NCBI GenBank assembly: GCA_035631115.1 | Contig: DASQJJ010000051.1 | Location: 1 to 58,299, forward strand | DNA: 58,299 bases | Direction: 5' to 3' | DNA from: Candidatus Eiseniibacteriota bacterium | Lineage (GTDB): Bacteria; Patescibacteriota; Microgenomatia; Levybacterales; UBA12049 | Shown here: piece by piece, positions 44,526-54,295 of the stretch | Position numbering within the stretch: the stretch's first letter is position 1 | How the letters are laid out: every line of letters starts with the position of its first letter | Position numbers and translations under genes: made by a program | The notes under the pieces: generated by a model | The model's database searches: none | Told to the model about the DNA's origin: nothing | The model's input: the letters and a program-made list of their open reading frames with translations, nothing else

Positions 44526-47500
44526 TTATACCTCAACAACTGTTCTTTCTTCAATAAGCTCTGGGGTAGCATCTGTAGTAATAGCCTCAGCTGCAGCTAC
44601 TTCATCTTCAAAAACCAAGCCTTCAACTGGGATAAGACGCCCAATAATAACGTTTTCCTTAAGACCAATAAGTCTATCTTCTCTTCCTTCAAGTGCTGCA
44701 TCGGTAAGGACTTTTGTTGTTTCTTGGAATGATGCTGCAGAAAGCCATGAATCAGAGAATAATGCAGCTTTGGTAATACCCAAGATAACTTGTCGTGCTG
44801 TTGCAGGTTCTCCGCCTTGAGAGAGAGTCTCTGCATTCATTTCCTCAAATCTATTTTGTGTAATAAAGTCTCCTGGAATAAGTGGCGTGTCGCCAACAGT
44901 CTCCACAATTACCTTATCAGACATTTTTCTAATGATTGTTTCAAAATGCTTATCATTAATTGCAATTCCTTGAGATTCATACACTTTTTGTGCCTCTGAC
45001 AAAATATATGCTTGTGCTGCTCGTACACCTCGCACCTTAATAAGCTCTTTTGGATCCAAATATCCTAGTGCCAAAGGTGCACCTGTTGTTATTTCCTGAC
45101 CATCTTTTACTGCAAGCTCGGATGCGAGTGGGACAAAGTATTCTTGCACTTCAACAGGCTTAATTTTTGTATTTTTAATAACAATTTTATATCCTTCATC
45201 TGTTGTCTCAATAGATACTTTCCCTGTTATTTCTGCAACAGGAGAAAGATTTTTTGGTGTACGCATTTCAAAGAGTTCTTCAACTCTAGGCAGTCCATGA
45301 GTCACGTCTTGCATAACAGCTCCTGCAACATACCTGGTACGCATGGTAAGCTGTGTTCCTGGCTCTCCAATAGATTGTGCAGCAACAACACCAACTGGCA
45401 CACCATTATTTACAACCAGCTTCGTTGAGAAATCCCATCCATAACAAAGCTTGCAAATACCTTGCTGCAGCTTGCAAAGAAGTGGAGATCGTACCATTAT
45501 TTCTGAAAGGTCTGAATTTTCAATTTCTTTTGCCATTTCTGGAGTAATAAGCGTATTTGCCTCTGCAAATGTCTTTTTATGAATAGTTACTTTTTCTGCA
45601 ACATATCGGCCGATAAGTCTATCGCCAAATGCAGCTGTACGCTCTCCATCATTTCGAAGCACAACTATTCCCTCTGTACTCCCACAGTCATCTTCTCTTA
45701 CAATAACATCATGAGATACGTCTACAAGACGTCGAGTGAGGTATCCTGCGTTTGCTGTCTTAAGAGCAGAGTCGGTAAGTCCTTTTCGAGATCCTCTTGC
45801 TGATGCAACATATTCAAAAATACTCAAGCCTTCTCGGAAGTTGGATTTAATTGGTAATTCAACAATTCGCCCCAATGGATCAAGAATAAGTCCTCTCATT
45901 GCAGAAAGCTGCTTAAGCTGTTCTTTTCCGGCCCGTGATCCTTCGGAGTTAATAATTGTTTTTAAGATACTGGTCTCTTTCAGAGACTTCCAAGTTAAGT
46001 CTGCAATTTCTTCTGTTGTCTTAAGCCATACGTCATTTTGAAGTCTTTTCTTCTCTTCAATAGTAATAAGTCCTTGCTGGTATTCTTCTTCTATGTCCGC
46101 AACTTTTTTCTCTGCAGTAGCAATCATAACGTCTTTTCCTACAAGCATTTCGTTATCAAAAACAGAGACAGAAATACCAGATTGGGTAGATCCATAAAAT
46201 CCGAGACTTTTAATTCTATCAATAAGGTCTGCTACTTCGTCTGCTGTGTATGTGAGAAGACTTGCCGTAATAAGCTTTTTAATTCCGGATGCCTTTACTG
46301 CTTCATTACTAAATGCCATACCTGGAAGAAGGCTTTCATTGAATTTAAGTCGGCCAACGGATGTCTCGACTACTTCTGCCTTACCATCATTAACAACCTT
46401 TACCATGATTGGCTGTCTCAGTGTCACTTTCTTCATTCCGAATGCTAAAAATGCTTCTGTGCTATCTGCAAATGCTGGCATATCTTCTCGTCTTTTTGTT
46501 TCGTCCAAAGAAGTTAGATAGTAAATACCAAGTGCCATTTCCTTATTTGGAAGGGTAATTGGACTTCCATCTGCAGGCTTAAGGAGATTGTGTCGAGGCA
46601 TCATCAACTCGATTGCTTCTTGCTGCGCTTTTTTAGAAAGTGGAATGTGTACAGCCATCTGGTCTCCATCAAAGTCTGCATTGTATCCACTACAGACGCA
46701 TGGATGCAGAGCAATTGCACTTCCTTCGATAAGTCGTGGGAAGAATGCTTGGATACCTAATTTGTGCAAGGTTGGAGCACGGTTTAAGAGTACTGGATGA
46801 TTTTTGGTAATTTCTTCCAAAATATCAAAGACTTCTGGTGGACGCTTTTCTATAAATCGCTTTGCACTCTTAATATTTGGCGCAAATCCTCGCATAATTA
46901 CTTCTCGCAAGACAAATGGCTTAAACATTTCGAGAGCCATTTCTTTTGGAAGTCCACATTCAGATAACTTAAGATCTGGTCCAACAACAATAACAGATCG
47001 TCCAGAATAATCTACCCGTTTTCCGAGCAAATTCTGTCTAAATCGACCTTGCTTTCCTCGAAGCATGTCAGAAAGACTTCGTAATGGTGAAGCAATTGCC
47101 TGTGCGCCTCTTTGGGATGCGTCAATAAGTGCATCAACAGATTCCTGAAGCATTCTTTTTTCGTTTCGAAGAATAATTTCTGGTGCACCAAGACTCATAA
47201 GATGCTTAAGTCTATTATTTCTGTTAATAACTCTTCTGTATAAGTCGTTAAGATCTGAGGTTGCAAATCGTCCTCCTGCTAATTGGACCATAGGACGAAG
47301 GTCTGGTGGAATAACAGGAAGTGCTGTCATAACCATTGCCTTTGCATCAATTTGTGCTTTCTTCATGGACTCAATAAGTCGAAGTCTTTTAATAAGCTTA
47401 AGATATCGCTGTCCGCCTGCTTTTTCCAACTCTACTCGAAGGTCTGCAATCATCTTATCGAGATCGTATTCCTTCATGAGGTCTAAAATTGCCTCAGCTC

Positions 47501-48311
47501 CTGTTTTCATAGAGAAGAAGACTGGTATGTCGTATTCTAAGATTTTAAAGTATTCATCCTCAGACAACACAGAAGATACCTTAAGACTCTTAAGAAGATT
47601 GCTCAAGGCAGTTGCAATTTCTTCGATTTTTTTACTTTCCTCTTCAACTCGCTGATTAAGTCGTGCAATTTTTTGTCTCTTCATTAATTCCAACTCTTGA
47701 CCAATAAGCTTTTTCTGCTCTGACTTCATTTTTCCATCTTCTTTTTCTCCAGTGTCTTCCTGAATTTTCTTTTCCTCTTCTTCTTTATCCTTTACTAAAG
47801 CAAGTTTTCGAGCCTCAATGGTGCTATGTAAATTGTCGAGTGCCTCTTTTTTCTTATCTTCATCAATGTGAACAACCAAATGAGATGCGTAGTAAATAAC
47901 AGACTCCAAACTCTTCTGAGATATATCTAAGAATGTTGCAAGTGGACTGGATGCACCCTTAAAAAACCATACGTGAGCAACAGGAGATGAAAGACTAATA
48001 TGTCCCATTCTTTCTCGTCGTACTCGAGAAAGTGTTACTTCTACACCACATTTATCGCAGACAATACCCTTGTATCGAATTCTCTTGTACTTTCCACAAT
48101 AACATTCCCAGTCTTTGGTTGGTCCAAAAATGCGCTCGTCGAAAAGTCCATCTTTTTCTGGTCTTAATGTGCGATAATTAATGGTTTCTGGCTTTGTTAC
48201 TTCTCCAAAAGAAGAAGAAAGAATATCATCTTTTGAAGCGAGTAAAATTCGCAACGCTTTAAAATCCACAATAGTCACGTCTTTTAATTTTTTCATATTT
48301 TTGTTATCCAT
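44526..48311 (-). CDS. rpoC: DNA-directed RNA polymerase subunit beta'
   Basis: Zinc motif CYCGKYKRIRYKGIVCDKCGVEV and catalytic NADFDGDQMAVH. The ATG overlaps the rpoB stop by 1 nt. Confidence 0.97.
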   Translation of the reverse strand: MDNKNMKKLKDVTIVDFKALRILLASKDDILSSSFGEVTKPETINYRTLRPEKDGLFDERIFGPTKDWECYCGKYKRIRYKGIVCDKCGVEVTLSRVRRERMGHISLSSPVAHVWFFKGASSPLATFLDISQKSLESVIYYASHLVVHIDEDKKKEALDNLHSTIEARKLALVKDKEEEEKKIQEDTGEKEDGKMKSEQKKLIGQELELMKRQKIARLNQRVEEESKKIEEIATALSNLLKSLKVSSVLSEDEYFKILEYDIPVFFSMKTGAEAILDLMKEYDLDKMIADLRVELEKAGGQRYLKLIKRLRLIESMKKAQIDAKAMVMTALPVIPPDLRPMVQLAGGRFATSDLNDLYRRVINRNNRLKHLMSLGAPEIILRNEKRMLQESVDALIDASQRGAQAIASPLRSLSDMLRGKQGRFRQNLLGKRVDYSGRSVIVVGPDLKLSECGLPKEMALEMFKPFVLREVIMRGFAPNIKSAKRFIEKRPPEVFDILEEITKNHPVLLNRAPTLHKLGIQAFFPRLIEGSAIALHPCVCSGYNADFDGDQMAVHIPLSKKAQQEAIELMMPRHNLLKPADGSPITLPNKEMALGIYYLTSLDETKRREDMPAFADSTEAFLAFGMKKVTLRQPIMVKVVNDGKAEVVETSVGRLKFNESLLPGMAFSNEAVKASGIKKLITASLLTYTADEVADLIDRIKSLGFYGSTQSGISVSVFDNEMLVGKDVMIATAEKKVADIEEEYQQGLITIEEKKRLQNDVWLKTTEEIADLTWKSLKETSILKTIINSEGSRAGKEQLKQLSAMRGLILDPLGRIVELPIKSNFREGLSIFEYVASARGSRKGLTDSALKTANAGYLTRRLVDVSHDVIVREDDCGSTEGIVVLRNDGERTAAFGDRLIGRYVAEKVTIHKKTFAEANTLITPEMAKEIENSDLSEIMVRSPLLCKLQQGICKLCYGWDFSTKLVVNNGVPVGVVAAQSIGEPGTQLTMRTRYVAGAVMQDVTHGLPRVEELFEMRTPKNLSPVAEITGKVSIETTDEGYKIVIKNTKIKPVEVQEYFVPLASELAVKDGQEITTGAPLALGYLDPKELIKVRGVRAAQAYILSEAQKVYESQGIAINDKHFETIIRKMSDKVIVETVGDTPLIPGDFITQNRFEEMNAETLSQGGEPATARQVILGITKAALFSDSWLSAASFQETTKVLTDAALEGREDRLIGLKENVIIGRLIPVEGLVFEDEVAAAEAITTDATPELIEERTVVEV

Positions 48312-51300
48312 TATACAATTTCCTCCTCTTTTGGTGCTTCTTCAGGACCTGCATTATCTCCTATTACGTCTGTTTCTTCAACCCCAGCTGTTTCCTCGGA
48401 AGCACTATCTGCAACATCTTCTGCTCCCAATGCTTCTTCCATTTCCTTCACTTCTCCTTCTACTTTTTCCTCTGCAGCATTTACCAAATCACTTGCTGGA
48501 GCAATTGCCTCGTCTACCTTTACCTGCATTTCAACAGGATCTATACGAAGACCAAGTGCTTGTAATTCTTTTACCAAAACCTTAAATGATTCTGGTACGC
48601 GTGGTGTTGGGATATCGGTACCCTTAACAATTGCCTCGAAAGCTTTTGTACGGCCAACAACATCATCTGATTTGTAGGTAAGCATTTCCTGAAGTACATG
48701 CTGTGCTCTATGAGATTCAAGTGCCCACACTTCCATTTCTCCAAGTCTTTGTCCTCCCATTTGTGCTTTTCCACCAAGTGGCTGTTGAGTAACAAGAGAA
48801 TATGGTCCGGTACTTCGAGCGTGTGCCTTATCCTCAACCATATGGATAAGCTTCATAACATATTCAATACCAACAACAACTGCATTTTCATATGGTTCGC
48901 CTGTTCGACCATCGTATAATTTAGATTTTCCATCAATTGGGAGTCCTGCTTTTGTCATAAGATCGGTTATATTTTCTTCACTGATTTTTTCAAATGCTGG
49001 TGTTGCAACTTTCATGCCTAATTTTCGTGCTGCATACCCAAGATGTGCTTCCAAAAGCTGTCCTAAATTCATACGAGCCAGCACAGAAATTGGAGAAATA
49101 ATAATGTCGACTGGTGTACCATCTTCTAAATATGGCATGTCTGACATTGGGAGAATGCGAGAAATAACACCTTTATTTCCGTGTCGTCCTGCCAATTTAT
49201 CTCCAACGACAACATGTCTAAATTGTGCAACTTCAACCAAAATCTTTCGAATGGTACCTGGCTCCAATTCGTCACCCTTCTTTCGATCTAAGATTTGAAC
49301 ATTTACTACTGTTCCACGCTCTCCATGAGGAATTCTCAAAGAGGTATCTCGTACTTCTCGTGCCTGTTCTCCAAAGATTGCTCGGAGAAGACGCTCTTCT
49401 GCTGTCAATTCTGTCTCACCTTTTGGTGCAATTTTTCCAACCAATATGTCCCCAGGTCCTACTTCTGCTCCAATGGTAACAATACCATCTTCGTCCAAGT
49501 TGGCTAAATCTTCTTCAGATACATTTGGGATATCTCGTGTTGTTTCTTCTGGTCCTAATTTGGTCTCCACAACTGCTGCTTCGTATTTTTCGATGTGAAT
49601 AGAAGACAACACGTCTTCCTTAACCATTCTTTCAGAGATAACAATAGCGTCTTCATATCCAAGACCTTCAAATGCTGCGTATGCAATAACTAAATTTTGT
49701 CCAAGTGCTAATTCTCCACCTTGGGAAGCTGGTCCATCAATAAGAACATCACCCTTTTTAACAATTTGGCCTGTAAAAGCAACTGTTTTTTGGGTATATG
49801 CTGTGGTGTTGGAGGTTCTGTGGAATGTTTGAAGAGGAAATGTTTGCTTTCCTTCCTTACCTTCTACGGTAACACTTCGTGCATCTGCATGGGTAACTTT
49901 TCCATCAAATGGAGCTTTGACAACTCGCCCCATTACCTCTGATATCTTGCCTTCCATACCTGTTCCAACTACGGGAGACTCTGGTGCAACAAGAGGCACT
50001 GCCTGACATTGCATGTGTGTACCCATAAGGGCACGGTTTGCCTCGTCATGTGCAACAAAAGGAATAAGGGAAGCACTTGAGCCAACGACTTGCTGTGGCA
50101 AAACGTCTACAAAAGCAATCTTTTCTTTTTCTATTTCCAAGAATTCTCCTCTAAACCTTACTGGCACACGATCTGCAACAATCTCATCATTTTCGTCCAA
50201 GACTCCTGCATGTGTAATGTATTGCTTCTGCTCGTCTTCTGCATCTATATAGACAATTTCACTCGTTGCCTTTACTACTGATTTTTTACCATTTTTTATT
50301 ACTTCTACTTTTCTGTATGGAGCTTCTAAGAATCCATATTCATTCACTCGTGCATATAATGATAAATAGGTAACTAAGCCAATATTTGGCCCTTCAGGAC
50401 TACGAATGGGACAGACCCTACTGTATTGTGAGGCATTGATATCTCGGATAGAGAAAGCCGCTCTTTCTCGTGAGATACCGCCTGTTCCCATGACGGTGAG
50501 ACGATTAAGGTTGTCTATTTCTGCAAGTGGGTTGGTTTGGTCAAGAATGGTGGAAAGTTGGGAGGTTCGGAAGAATTCGTTGAGCGCGGCCATAATTGGT
50601 CGTGCATTAATAAGATTACTAATAGTAGAAGGTAAATCTGTCTGCATAAGAGACATTCTTTCTTTAATACTTCTTTCAAGTCGAAGTACTCCAACTCGGA
50701 ATGCAGTTGTTGCAACTAATTCTCCAACACTTCGAATACGTCTATTTGCCAAAGAATCAATATCATCAATAATGCCATCTCCTGCAACGAGCTTCATAAG
50801 GTATGCAATTGTGCCAACAACATCATCTACTGTGAGTACTCTTTCTTCTGCTGGTCTAAAACCTTGCGTATCTGCAAGCTTTTTATTCATCTTATATCGA
50901 CCAACAGCCCCGAGGTCATATCGTCTATTATTAAAGAAAAGCCCGTTGAGTGATTCACGGACTTTTTCGAGGACTACTGGCTCGCCAGGATGCATCTTCT
51001 TAAAAATTTCAATCATAGCCTCTGCCTCGGATGTTGTTTCATCTTTTTGAAGCGTATTGTCGATAAATCCTTCTTTATCTGCAACTCCAGTAAATCGTCC
51101 CCTAATATCTTCATTACTAGAAAGTCCAATTGCACGAAGGAATGTAGTAATAGGGAATTTTCTTCGTCTATCAATTTTTACGGTCATTGTACCGTGTCGT
51201 GTGGTAGAAAATTCTAACCAGGACCCGTGGACTGGACGTATTTCTGCTGTATACAAAGGCTTACCAGTAACTGGATCTACATTAACCGTAAAAAATACGC

Positions 51301-51721
51301 CTGGTGAGCGTACTAATTGGTTAACGACACTTCTTTCAATTCCGTTAACAACAAAAGTTCCTCTGTCGGTCATTTGTGGAATATCTCCTAAAAAGATTTC
51401 TTGTGCTTGTTGCTCGTTGGTTTTTTTATTGGTGAGGGTTGCTTCTACATAAAGTGGGGCATCGTAGGTAACTCCTTTAATCATTGCTTCTTCTGGAGCA
51501 TAATTAGGCTTTCCCAGCCGATAATGTCCAAAAGAAAGGGACCAATTCTTCTCGGTAAAATCAGAAACTGGAGATATTTCTTGTAAAATTTCGCCAATTG
51601 CGTGCTCGCGGAACCATGTATAGGATTTTTTTTGAATTTCTAATAAGTCTAATTGCGGTACGATAGAATAATCTCTTCCCCAATTTTGTCTTGTAAGTGG
51701 TAGATCAGTTTTTTTAGGCAT
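48311..51721 (-). CDS. rpoB: DNA-directed RNA polymerase subunit beta with acidic C-terminal tail
   Basis: GRHGNKGVISRILP, GGQRLGEMEVWALE and FFRTSQLS. Confidence 0.97.
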   Translation of the reverse strand: MPKKTDLPLTRQNWGRDYSIVPQLDLLEIQKKSYTWFREHAIGEILQEISPVSDFTEKNWSLSFGHYRLGKPNYAPEEAMIKGVTYDAPLYVEATLTNKKTNEQQAQEIFLGDIPQMTDRGTFVVNGIERSVVNQLVRSPGVFFTVNVDPVTGKPLYTAEIRPVHGSWLEFSTTRHGTMTVKIDRRRKFPITTFLRAIGLSSNEDIRGRFTGVADKEGFIDNTLQKDETTSEAEAMIEIFKKMHPGEPVVLEKVRESLNGLFFNNRRYDLGAVGRYKMNKKLADTQGFRPAEERVLTVDDVVGTIAYLMKLVAGDGIIDDIDSLANRRIRSVGELVATTAFRVGVLRLERSIKERMSLMQTDLPSTISNLINARPIMAALNEFFRTSQLSTILDQTNPLAEIDNLNRLTVMGTGGISRERAAFSIRDINASQYSRVCPIRSPEGPNIGLVTYLSLYARVNEYGFLEAPYRKVEVIKNGKKSVVKATSEIVYIDAEDEQKQYITHAGVLDENDEIVADRVPVRFRGEFLEIEKEKIAFVDVLPQQVVGSSASLIPFVAHDEANRALMGTHMQCQAVPLVAPESPVVGTGMEGKISEVMGRVVKAPFDGKVTHADARSVTVEGKEGKQTFPLQTFHRTSNTTAYTQKTVAFTGQIVKKGDVLIDGPASQGGELALGQNLVIAYAAFEGLGYEDAIVISERMVKEDVLSSIHIEKYEAAVVETKLGPEETTRDIPNVSEEDLANLDEDGIVTIGAEVGPGDILVGKIAPKGETELTAEERLLRAIFGEQAREVRDTSLRIPHGERGTVVNVQILDRKKGDELEPGTIRKILVEVAQFRHVVVGDKLAGRHGNKGVISRILPMSDMPYLEDGTPVDIIISPISVLARMNLGQLLEAHLGYAARKLGMKVATPAFEKISEENITDLMTKAGLPIDGKSKLYDGRTGEPYENAVVVGIEYVMKLIHMVEDKAHARSTGPYSLVTQQPLGGKAQMGGQRLGEMEVWALESHRAQHVLQEMLTYKSDDVVGRTKAFEAIVKGTDIPTPRVPESFKVLVKELQALGLRIDPVEMQVKVDEAIAPASDLVNAAEEKVEGEVKEMEEALGAEDVADSASEETAGVEETDVIGDNAGPEEAPKEEEIV

Positions 51722-51849
51722 TCAATAAGATCAAGATGATGGCAGGCGATTCGTCCCGCTGAGGCGGGATACCACGAAAAAAAAGGAAAAAGGCGTTCAA
51801 CCCTTCCCTTTTCTTAGCTAAGGTAATACCTTTATATCAAAGAATTGGC

Positions 51850-52323
51850 CTATTTGTCAAGGACTTTTTCTAAGTGGAGAGTATCTGGGATGCATCCAAT
51901 TCTCTGGTAAAATTTAATTGCCCCATCATTTGTTGCATATGCAGCAATCATCACCCGCTCCATACCCAAAGATTTTCCCAAGTCAAAAACAGCTTGGGCT
52001 AATTTTTCCCCAATTCTTTGCCCCCGATACTTCTGTGTAACAATAAGATTCTCCATCTCAAGTCTTTTAACAGGCCTCCATGCATGGACAGGTAAGGTAC
52101 TTCCCGATGCATATCCAATAATTTCTCCATCTATCTCGGCAACAAAACAGAATTTATCCTCGTCCATAATCCTGGTTGTAAAACTTTTTTCTCCTTCTGG
52201 ACTATATGTCCAATCGACATTAAGAAGGGGGTCATTTGAATAATCAGAGAAAAAAAGCTCTTGAGAAAGCTCTTGGACTCTTTTTAAATCCTCTATCGTT
52301 GCTTTTCGAATAGTTACATCCAT
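51850..52323 (-). CDS. GNAT family N-acetyltransferase
   Basis: VTQKYRGQRIGEKLAQAV (acetyl-CoA motif A). ATG 52323 has TATACT 7 nt upstream. Confidence 0.75.
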   Translation of the reverse strand: MDVTIRKATIEDLKRVQELSQELFFSDYSNDPLLNVDWTYSPEGEKSFTTRIMDEDKFCFVAEIDGEIIGYASGSTLPVHAWRPVKRLEMENLIVTQKYRGQRIGEKLAQAVFDLGKSLGMERVMIAAYATNDGAIKFYQRIGCIPDTLHLEKVLDK

Positions 52324-52378
52324 AAAAGATAGTATAGCAAATTCCAATTCCTGTGCAGCTTTGTGTATAATAGTATCC

Positions 52379-54211
52379 ATGACTGCAAAGACTATTATTG
52401 ATATCTATCTCTCTTTCTTTGAAAAAAGAGGACACAAAAAAATTGCAGGAGCTGCCTTGGTACCATTAAATGACCCAACAACACTGTTTACCTCTAGTGG
52501 TATGCAGCCACTGCTCCCGTATCTTTTAGGTGAACCTCACCCAAGTGGCAAACGACTTGTTGATGTGCAAAATTGTTTTCGTGCACAGGATATAGATGAA
52601 ATTGGCAATAATCGCCATACCACATTTTTTAGAATGCTTGGCAACTGGAGTTTGGGAGATTATTTCAAAGAGGAGCAACTCCCCTGGTTTTGGGAATTTC
52701 TCACCCAAGAGCTTAAGCTTGATCCCTCCAAATTGTATGTAACTGCCTTCGAGGGAAATTCTGATATTCCAAAAGATGAAACCTCTATTGCATTATGGAC
52801 TACGTTATTTAACAAAGCCAAATTAAATCCTGAGGAACGAATATTTACATACGGCGTTACAAAAAATTGGTGGAGTAGGTCTGGTACTCCAGATAAAATG
52901 CCTGTTGGCGAACCAGGCGGACCAGACAGTGAAGTCTTTTACGATTTTGGGGCAGACCTACAACTCCATGAGAATAGTCAATGGAAAAATGAGAAATGCC
53001 ACGTCAATTGCGATTGTGGACGTTTTATGGAAATTGGTAATTCTGTTTTTATGCAGTATAAAAAAGTGGAAAATGGATTTGAAGAGCTTCCCCAATTAAA
53101 TGTTGATTTTGGTGGAGGACTCGAAAGACTTATTGCTGCAACAGAAAACCAAGTAGATGTTTTTCAAACATCACTTTTTAAAAACATTATTGCTACTATT
53201 GAAAAAGCAACTTCCAAACCATACGCAGAAAATAAAGAGAGCATGCGGATTATCGCAGATCATTTCAGAGCAGGACTTTTTCTTGCAAAAGATGACGTTA
53301 TCCCATCAAATAAAGAACGAGGCTATCTTCTTCGAAGACTTCTCAGGAGAGGATTAGATCATTTGCATGGACTAGGTAGCAATACTGTCGAAGGAATTTT
53401 AGAAGCAATTGTTACCGAATACAAAGCAACAGATCCAGACTTAGTTGAAAGATACGAAACAATTAAAAATGTTGTTTTAGAAGAAGTACAAAAGTATGAG
53501 AGGACAAAAAACGAAGCAAAGCGCTTTATAGAAAAAAAGTATAAAAAAGTTGGAGACGAATTAATGGGCACTACAGAAATTACTCCGGATGATGCTTTTC
53601 TTTTGTACACAACTCATGGCCTCTCGCCAACCCAAATAAAAAGTCTTGGATACACTTTTGACGACCAAAAATTTGCAGAGAAAATGGAAAGACATCAAAG
53701 TCTTTCCCGCACTCAATCTGCAGGGAAATTTAAAGGTGGACTTGCAGATACACAGGAATTAACTATTAAGGGACACACGGCAACACATCTATTGCACCAG
53801 GCAATTCGAGACATGCTGGGAAAAGATGTTCACCAGACAGGGTCCAATATTACGACAGAAAGACTCCGCTTTGATTTTAATTACGATAAAAAATTAACTG
53901 ACCAACAGATAAAAGAATTAGAGCAAACCGTTAACGAAAGAATAAAGGAAGATTTGGTTGTGCATTATGAAATGATGCCACTTGCGAAAGCCAAAGATAT
54001 AGATGCTATTGGACTTTTTGGCGATAAGTACGAAGAAACAGTAAAGGTGTATATCATTGGCGGCTCGGGCAAAGATGGAGACTACAATGCATATTCTAAG
54101 GAATTATGTGGTGGCCCTCATGTACATAAAACTTCTGATATTAAATCGTTTAAGATTACTAAGCAGGAATCTCTTGGACAAAATCAAAGGCTCTATGCAG
54201 TGGTAAGTTAG
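52379..54211 (+). CDS. alaS: alanine--tRNA ligase, compact form (611 aa)
   Basis: IIDIYLSFFEKRGHKKI...DPTTLFTSSGMQP, plus editing-domain HTATHLLHQA and CGGPHV. TATAAT lies 7 nt upstream of ATG 52379. Confidence 0.9.
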   Translation: MTAKTIIDIYLSFFEKRGHKKIAGAALVPLNDPTTLFTSSGMQPLLPYLLGEPHPSGKRLVDVQNCFRAQDIDEIGNNRHTTFFRMLGNWSLGDYFKEEQLPWFWEFLTQELKLDPSKLYVTAFEGNSDIPKDETSIALWTTLFNKAKLNPEERIFTYGVTKNWWSRSGTPDKMPVGEPGGPDSEVFYDFGADLQLHENSQWKNEKCHVNCDCGRFMEIGNSVFMQYKKVENGFEELPQLNVDFGGGLERLIAATENQVDVFQTSLFKNIIATIEKATSKPYAENKESMRIIADHFRAGLFLAKDDVIPSNKERGYLLRRLLRRGLDHLHGLGSNTVEGILEAIVTEYKATDPDLVERYETIKNVVLEEVQKYERTKNEAKRFIEKKYKKVGDELMGTTEITPDDAFLLYTTHGLSPTQIKSLGYTFDDQKFAEKMERHQSLSRTQSAGKFKGGLADTQELTIKGHTATHLLHQAIRDMLGKDVHQTGSNITTERLRFDFNYDKKLTDQQIKELEQTVNERIKEDLVVHYEMMPLAKAKDIDAIGLFGDKYEETVKVYIIGGSGKDGDYNAYSKELCGGPHVHKTSDIKSFKITKQESLGQNQRLYAVVS

Positions 54212-54235
54212 ATCCTTCGCTAACGCTCAGGACAA
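54211..54235. repeat. degenerate half-copy of the GATCCTTCGC...CTCAGGA element
   Basis: GATCCTTCGCTAACGCTCAGGACAA is the reverse-orientation arm of the 36261 half-site. Confidence 0.35.
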
Positions 54236-54295
54236 TTTCGCAAAGCAAAATTGATTTGCACCATTGTGGCTCACGTGCTATGCTTTTCTTAGTTT

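Noticed and set aside
50406-51050. 214-aa plus-strand ORF
   Set aside because: It is antisense to the conserved core of rpoB.
51722-51849. Hairpin TCCCGC-TGAG-GCGGGA and an A/T-rich stem upstream of rpoB as a terminator or leader
   Set aside because: The strong GC hairpin is not followed by a T-run on the minus strand, and the T-run-associated stem is weak (A-T pairs, 13-nt loop). It may be a leader structure, but support is insufficient for a call.
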